A stretch of DNA of 64,000 nucleotides. Source: Armatimonadota bacterium (GTDB lineage: Bacteria; Armatimonadota; SYMT01). The position numbers and the translations under genes are program-made. Below the pieces are notes generated by a model. It ran no database searches and was not told the origin of the DNA. It was given only the letters and a program-made list of their open reading frames with translations. Numbering within the stretch: the stretch's first letter is position 1; every line of letters starts with the position of its first letter. This document shows, piece after piece, positions 59,112 through 64,000 of this stretch. The DNA lies in the NCBI GenBank assembly GCA_046292385.1, contig JBKBRF010000004.1:1-64000 (forward strand), read 5' to 3'.

Positions 59112-59683
59112 CGCAGCCGGTTCTCCCAATTCAGGCCGCCGCTCGAGTCGGACGGCATCGGCTCGGCAAAAGCGGGAGGCAGCGCTCCGGCGCCGGCTCC
59201 GGTCGCGCCGGTCTGCGGGCCCTGCCCGGTTGTCACGCCGGTCAGCGCCTGCTGCGGCACGATCGGCGTGCCGCGCTCCGCATCCCAGAACCCGATCTCA
59301 GTCAACTGCCGCTGTTCCTCGGCGACGATCTCGGCGCGGTACTCCAGCGGGCCGATCAGCGGATCCTTCTCCCGTCCCTGCTGCAGGTCCGGGCTCGGCA
59401 CGAGCGGCGGGCCGGCGCGCTCGATCTTCTCCCTGAAGACGGGCGAGGGGAGTTGGCTGGCCTCTCGCGTGTTGTCGAGCATCAGGTTGTAGGCGAAGTA
59501 GAGCGCTACGCAGAGGATCGCGGTGGTGATGAACAGGCCGGCGATCCACCAGACGACGGGACGGAAGTTGACGTCGCGCTCTTCGTGTCCGAACTCGACC
59601 CCGTACTCCTGCGTGCCCTGCGGCAGCGTGACGGTAGGGGCGATATGGTCCTCGTCTTCGGCCTGGAGATGCGGATCAACCAT
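59108..59683 (-). CDS. Alternative complex III subunit G-like single-TM protein
   Basis: GHEERDVN then TM, P.L...P and GFWDAERG..IVP..A pattern; position after actF. Confidence 0.6.
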   Translation of the reverse strand: MVDPHLQAEDEDHIAPTVTLPQGTQEYGVEFGHEERDVNFRPVVWWIAGLFITTAILCVALYFAYNLMLDNTREASQLPSPVFREKIERAGPPLVPSPDLQQGREKDPLIGPLEYRAEIVAEEQRQLTEIGFWDAERGTPIVPQQALTGVTTGQGPQTGATGAGAGALPPAFAEPMPSDSSGGLNWENRLR

Positions 59684-60944
59684 GAGAGATCACCTCCTGC
59701 GCGTGATGCTGGGCGGCCAGGCCCTCCTGCAGACGCAGGTCGTAAACCGGTACGACGGTGCGGCCCTTCACCTGGTTGATGAACACGATCAGCCAGATCC
59801 CGCCGAGGAGCAGGGGCGCGCCCAGGTCGGCGAAGTTGAACGAGATCGACGGGCGGAAAGTTGGCACCACGATCCAGAAGAGGTCCACGAACCGCATCAC
59901 CACCAGGAAGAGCGCCACCTGTGCGAGCCGGCTCGGATCGCGCTTCACCTTGCTGCCGAGCAGCAGGATGAAGAACGGCAGGAAGAAATGCAGCGCGATC
60001 AGCAGGACCGGGAAGATCCACCAACCGTGCTGGTTCCGGTGCACGTACCAGATCACTTCTTCGGCCGTGTTCCCGCTGAAGGTGATGAGGTACTGCGAGA
60101 ACGACATGTACGCCCAGAGCATGATCGTGGCGAGCGTGAGGTTCCCCAGGTCGCGCAGGTAGCCGTCCGGCACCTTCCGCAGCAGCGTCGTGCCGCCCGC
60201 CAGGTAGTTGAGCAGGACGAGCATCAGCGCCAGGGTGGAGAGCGCCTGAGAGGCAACGAAGAGCAGCCCGAAGATCGAGCTGAACCACTCCGGCTCCAGC
60301 GACATCACCCAGTCCACCGACATAAAGGTGACCGTGGTGACGAGGAGCAGCACGCCGCCCGCGCCCCAGTAGTTCGCCTTGACGAAGACTCCTGCATCCG
60401 CCCGCTCGTCTTGCACTCGCGACCACTTCTGGAAGGCGAGCGCCAGCCCGATCCAGATGACGAAGTAGGCGACCGTGAAGGCGAGGAAGCGCGGGATGTT
60501 CAGGTATCCGGACTTCACCTGGATCAGGTCGCGTCCCGCTGCCAGGGGGCTGGCCCAGCCGGGATGCTCGCCGCCGTACGCCCAGAGCGTCGGCAGCGCC
60601 TCCGGCATAAAGAGCGGCAGCAGCGCCGGGATGAGCAGCACGCCCATCACCGCGAAGGTCACTGGCGAGCCGCCGGCCTCCAGGAAGCGCCGGATCAGGA
60701 AGCCCCAGCCGCCGCCGACGGCGTGGTGCATCATCAGCAGCCCGAGCGAGCCGATCGTCACGCCGATCCAGAACATGTAGCTGAAGAGGTACGACTCCAG
60801 GACGTGGTATCCGCCGCCCAGGAAGAAGCCGGCCACGCAGAGCACGGCGCCGGCCACCACGGCTCCGGTGGCGAGGCCCTGCAACTGCTGGAGCTTCGGC
60901 CCCATCAGTTCATCGGTAGTTACTCTAAGGTCGTTGGTATCCAC
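59676..60944 (-). CDS. actF: Alternative complex III subunit F
   Basis: GGGWG...RRFLEA, KSGYLN, DWVMSLEPEWFSSIFG, DLGNL, WAYMSFSQYL. Confidence 0.9.
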   Translation of the reverse strand: MDTNDLRVTTDELMGPKLQQLQGLATGAVVAGAVLCVAGFFLGGGYHVLESYLFSYMFWIGVTIGSLGLLMMHHAVGGGWGFLIRRFLEAGGSPVTFAVMGVLLIPALLPLFMPEALPTLWAYGGEHPGWASPLAAGRDLIQVKSGYLNIPRFLAFTVAYFVIWIGLALAFQKWSRVQDERADAGVFVKANYWGAGGVLLLVTTVTFMSVDWVMSLEPEWFSSIFGLLFVASQALSTLALMLVLLNYLAGGTTLLRKVPDGYLRDLGNLTLATIMLWAYMSFSQYLITFSGNTAEEVIWYVHRNQHGWWIFPVLLIALHFFLPFFILLLGSKVKRDPSRLAQVALFLVVMRFVDLFWIVVPTFRPSISFNFADLGAPLLLGGIWLIVFINQVKGRTVVPVYDLRLQEGLAAQHHAQEVISHG

Positions 60945-61005
60945 GGGTTGCCCCTAGAAGCTTTCGCCGCGCCGGCTCCGCGGGGGAGCGAAGGCGCGCA
61001 TCAGA

Positions 61006-61809
61006 TCAATGCCCGGTCGCGGTGCCGCCGGTCGAAGTACCGCCGTAGTCCTGCTCCGGCGCCACGGGCGGCTGCTGCATGCTGCCGGGTGCGGCGCCGG
61101 CGCCCGGCGCGTGCCCGCCCGGAGGGGTGGCCTGTCCGCCGGCGCCCGGAGCGCCATGCTCGTCCTGCGGCAGCCGCATCGGCCGAGCCGGATCCTGAAT
61201 GCCGCGCTCCCGGGCGCGCTCGCGCTCGCCGACGTACGGGTCATCGGTAGTGACCGGTCGCACCTTCTGGAGAGACCGGATGTAGGAGACGATCGCCCAG
61301 CGGTCCGCCACCGGCACGCGGGAGGCGTAGCTGTACATCACGCCGTAGCCGTGCGTGATCACGTCGAAGTAGTGACCGTCCGGAGCGTCTCGCAGCCGCT
61401 GGATAGCATAATCCGGCGGGTGGGGAAAGCCGCGGCGCACGATCATGCCGTCCCCGGCTCCGGTAACACCGTGACACGGGGAGCAGTAGACGTTGTAGCG
61501 CTCCTGCCCCCGCGCTACCACTGCCGCCGTGACCGGGACCGGGCTCCGGGCAACCAGCCGCCCGTCCGTGCCTCGTCCGGTGACGCGCACGTCGGTGCGA
61601 GGCAGCGTGCCGCGCGCCACGGTGCCGACCGGCGGGATCCGTGCGGACGACTGCTCACCCGGCTGCGGGCTCTCCTCGTAGGGCTTGATGCGCGCGTCGT
61701 TCCACATTCCCAGCGGGTGGTACCGCCCGTCACGGGTGCAGCCCGCGAGCATGGAGAGGCAGACCAGGGCGCCCGCCCAGAGAGTGATTTGTTGCGGTGT
61801 TCGCGCCAC
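61006..61809 (-). CDS. actE: Alternative complex III subunit E (monoheme cytochrome c lipoprotein)
   Basis: Lipobox LAGC; GTVARG; YCSPCHG; DRWAIVSYIR. Confidence 0.9.
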   Translation of the reverse strand: MARTPQQITLWAGALVCLSMLAGCTRDGRYHPLGMWNDARIKPYEESPQPGEQSSARIPPVGTVARGTLPRTDVRVTGRGTDGRLVARSPVPVTAAVVARGQERYNVYCSPCHGVTGAGDGMIVRRGFPHPPDYAIQRLRDAPDGHYFDVITHGYGVMYSYASRVPVADRWAIVSYIRSLQKVRPVTTDDPYVGERERARERGIQDPARPMRLPQDEHGAPGAGGQATPPGGHAPGAGAAPGSMQQPPVAPEQDYGGTSTGGTATGH

Positions 61810-61812
61810 GGG

Positions 61813-62397
61813 CTATTTCTCCAACTCGACTTCGGACACGTTGAGCGCGCCGAGGCCCTCCAGGAACCGCCGGGTCTCCGCCCGGTCGAACTTGGGGTCG
61901 GTCGACTCGATGCCGAGGAAGAAGCGGTCGCTGGTCGCCCGCTCGAAGTTCGGCGTGTTGAAGACCGGATGGTAGGGCATCGGCAGTCCGTTGACCATGA
62001 ACATCCCCACGATCCCGGAGAGCGCGGAGAGCAGGACGGTACACTCGAACGTGATCGGAATGAACGACGGCCACGCGAAGAGCGGGCGACCCCCGATGTT
62101 GAGCGGGTAGTCGATCACCGTCGTGAAATAGAGCAGTCCGAAGCCGCCCACCGCGCCCAGCACCCCGCCGACGAACATGATCCAGGGGATCAGGTAGTCG
62201 CGGTGCCCCAGCGCCTCGGAGAGGCCTTCCACCGGGAACGGCGAGTAGGCGTCCACGTACTTGAAGCCGGCCGCCTTCGCCGCTTCCGCGGCGTGGATCA
62301 CCTGGTGCGCGTCGTCGAACTCCGCCACCAGGCCATACAGCAACCCCTGGTCGATCGGCTGGATCTGGGTTTCGTTTGTTTCTTCCGGATGACTCAT
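61813..62397 (-). CDS. actD: Alternative complex III subunit D (DUF3341)
   Basis: DAYSPFPVEG, YPLNIGGRP, FIPITFECTVL, DRFFL. Confidence 0.92.
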   Translation of the reverse strand: MSHPEETNETQIQPIDQGLLYGLVAEFDDAHQVIHAAEAAKAAGFKYVDAYSPFPVEGLSEALGHRDYLIPWIMFVGGVLGAVGGFGLLYFTTVIDYPLNIGGRPLFAWPSFIPITFECTVLLSALSGIVGMFMVNGLPMPYHPVFNTPNFERATSDRFFLGIESTDPKFDRAETRRFLEGLGALNVSEVELEK

Positions 62398-62416
62398 GCT
62401 CTGCTCCAGGAGCCGA

Positions 62417-63826
62417 TTAGTGCTGCCGAGGATGACCTTCCGCCTGCGGATCGCCCACGCTCGCGGTGTGACCGTGGTGCAGCAGCAGCTCTCGCATCTC
62501 CGCGATCGAGATCACCGGAACGAACCGCGAGAACAGCAGGAAGAGCAGGACGAAGAATCCCATCGTGCCGATGTAGATCGCCCAGTCGACCCAGGTCGGG
62601 TAGTAGAGCGCCCACATACCGGGCATGAAGTCGAAGCTCAAGCTGGTGACGATGATGACGAACCGCTCCAGCCACATGCCGATCGTGACCGAGATCGAGA
62701 CCAGCACGAGCCAGAAGATACTGGTGCGCGCCCACTTGAACCAGAGGATCTGCGGGATGATGCCGTTGCAGAGGATCAGCGCCCAGTAGGACCACGCGTA
62801 CGGCCCGAACATGCGGTTCTGGAACGTCATGTACTTTTCGTACAGGTTGCCGCTGTACCAGCCGAAGAAGACTTCCATCAGGTAGCCGTAGAACACGATG
62901 AGCCCGGTGGTGAGCATCACCTTGCCCATGTTCTCCAGGTGCTTCATCGTGATCAGGTCTTTGAGACCGAAGGCAGCCCGGAGCGGCACGGCGAGCAGGA
63001 TCGTCATCGCAAAGCCGGCGAACACCGCGCCCGCCACGAAGTACGGCGGGAAGATGGTGGAGTGCCAGCCCGGCACGATGCCGACGGCGAAGTCGAAGCT
63101 CACGATGGTGTGCACGGAGAGCACCAGCGGCGTGCTTAGCCCCGCCAGCAGCAGGTAGAGCATCGTGTAGCGGCGCCAGTGCAGCGCGCTCCCGCGCCAG
63201 CCGAAGCAGAGCATCCCCAGGATGATCTTCACCCACCGGTTGTTGGTCCGGTCCCGCAGCGTCGCCAGGTCCGGGATCAGGCCCACGAACCAGAAGAGCA
63301 CGGAGACGGTGATGTAGGTGGAGATCGCGAAGACGTCCCACATCAGCGGGCTGCGGAACTGCGGCCAGAGCCCCATGCTGTTCGGCAGCGGGAACATCCA
63401 GTAGGCGAACTGGTGACGCCCAATGTGCAGCAGCGGGTAGACGCCGGCCTGCATCACGGCGAAGATCGTCATCGCCTCCGCGAAGCGGTTGATGGAGGTG
63501 CGCCAGTTCTGGTGCAGGAGCAGCAGGATCGCCGAGATGAGCGTTCCGGCGTGTCCGATACCGATCCACCAAACGAAGTTGATGATGTCGAACGCCCAGC
63601 CGTTCGGCTGGTTGTTTCCCCAGACCCCCACGCCGAAGAGGATGGTGGTGAGGACGCCCAGCCCCATCATACAGGTCAGGCCGGCGGCGAAGAGGACGCC
63701 GAGCAGCCAGTTGGCCGAGTACCGGTTGCTGAAGGTAATCGACGCGATCTTGTCCGTGACCGACTCGTAAGAATGGCCCGGCGCGATGATGTCGAAGGTT
63801 TCGTTTTCGGTGCGCGATAGGGCCAT
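62417..63826 (-). CDS. actC: Alternative complex III subunit C (NrfD family)
   Basis: NFVWWIGIGHAGTLISAIL, SPLMWDVFAISTY, SVHTIVSFDF, GWHSTIFPPYF, GMWLERF. Confidence 0.95.
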   Translation of the reverse strand: MALSRTENETFDIIAPGHSYESVTDKIASITFSNRYSANWLLGVLFAAGLTCMMGLGVLTTILFGVGVWGNNQPNGWAFDIINFVWWIGIGHAGTLISAILLLLHQNWRTSINRFAEAMTIFAVMQAGVYPLLHIGRHQFAYWMFPLPNSMGLWPQFRSPLMWDVFAISTYITVSVLFWFVGLIPDLATLRDRTNNRWVKIILGMLCFGWRGSALHWRRYTMLYLLLAGLSTPLVLSVHTIVSFDFAVGIVPGWHSTIFPPYFVAGAVFAGFAMTILLAVPLRAAFGLKDLITMKHLENMGKVMLTTGLIVFYGYLMEVFFGWYSGNLYEKYMTFQNRMFGPYAWSYWALILCNGIIPQILWFKWARTSIFWLVLVSISVTIGMWLERFVIIVTSLSFDFMPGMWALYYPTWVDWAIYIGTMGFFVLLFLLFSRFVPVISIAEMRELLLHHGHTASVGDPQAEGHPRQH

Positions 63827-63827
63827 C

Positions 63828-64000
63828 CTAGTGGTTCTCCTCCGATCCGGTCTTCAGTTCTGCCACCGTATCGAGGGCAGGGTTCGGATTGCTCAGCGCC
63901 GCGAGGTAGCTGGTCCGGGGCTTGGTGTTCAGCTCCGTCAGAATGCCGTAGTTGAGCACGCTTTCCTTGAGCTGTCGAACCCGGCTGCCTCGGCCGTTGT
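63828..64000 (-). CDS. actB: 3' end of alternative complex III subunit B (partial)
   Basis: ...[36 protein letters not shown]... directly upstream of actC. Confidence 0.85.
   Translation of the reverse strand, partial: NGRGSRVRQLKESVLNYGILTELNTKPRTSYLAALSNPNPALDTVAELKTGSEENH

Overview
High-GC bacterial chromosomal segment, gene-dense and mostly housekeeping or envelope genes. The SLH-bearing porin, Gram-positive-type LexA boxes and SigB/F-type sigma factor suggest a diderm Terrabacteria lineage such as Armatimonadota (inference only). Recognisable modules: tRNA-Glu(UUC); beta-carbonic anhydrase plus SulP; an SLH phosphate-type porin divergent from pstSCAB-phoU; a CDF metal exporter; lexA; pilC/gspF followed by a sigma factor; split transketolase; pyrE; an S55-peptidase/beta-propeller giant protein; an SBBP surface protein; amidase, nagA and an ABC exporter cluster; and the 3' part of an alternative complex III (actB-G) plus SCO plus caa3-type (A2) cytochrome c oxidase operon. 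No CRISPR array, integrase or transposase is visible. Strongest novelty candidates: (1) a SigB/SigF-type sigma factor fused to a degenerate GGDEF domain that keeps its RxxD c-di-GMP site, directly behind pilC; (2) a leader ORF with a hydrophobic N-terminus ending in the RAPP ribosome-arrest motif, upstream of carbonic anhydrase-SulP; (3) a probable ~85-nt sRNA with anti-Shine-Dalgarno motifs behind a SigF-like promoter; (4) a small protein with two PRGR motifs and an unlisted 58-aa zinc-ribbon protein. All calls come from motif reading only; no searches were run.
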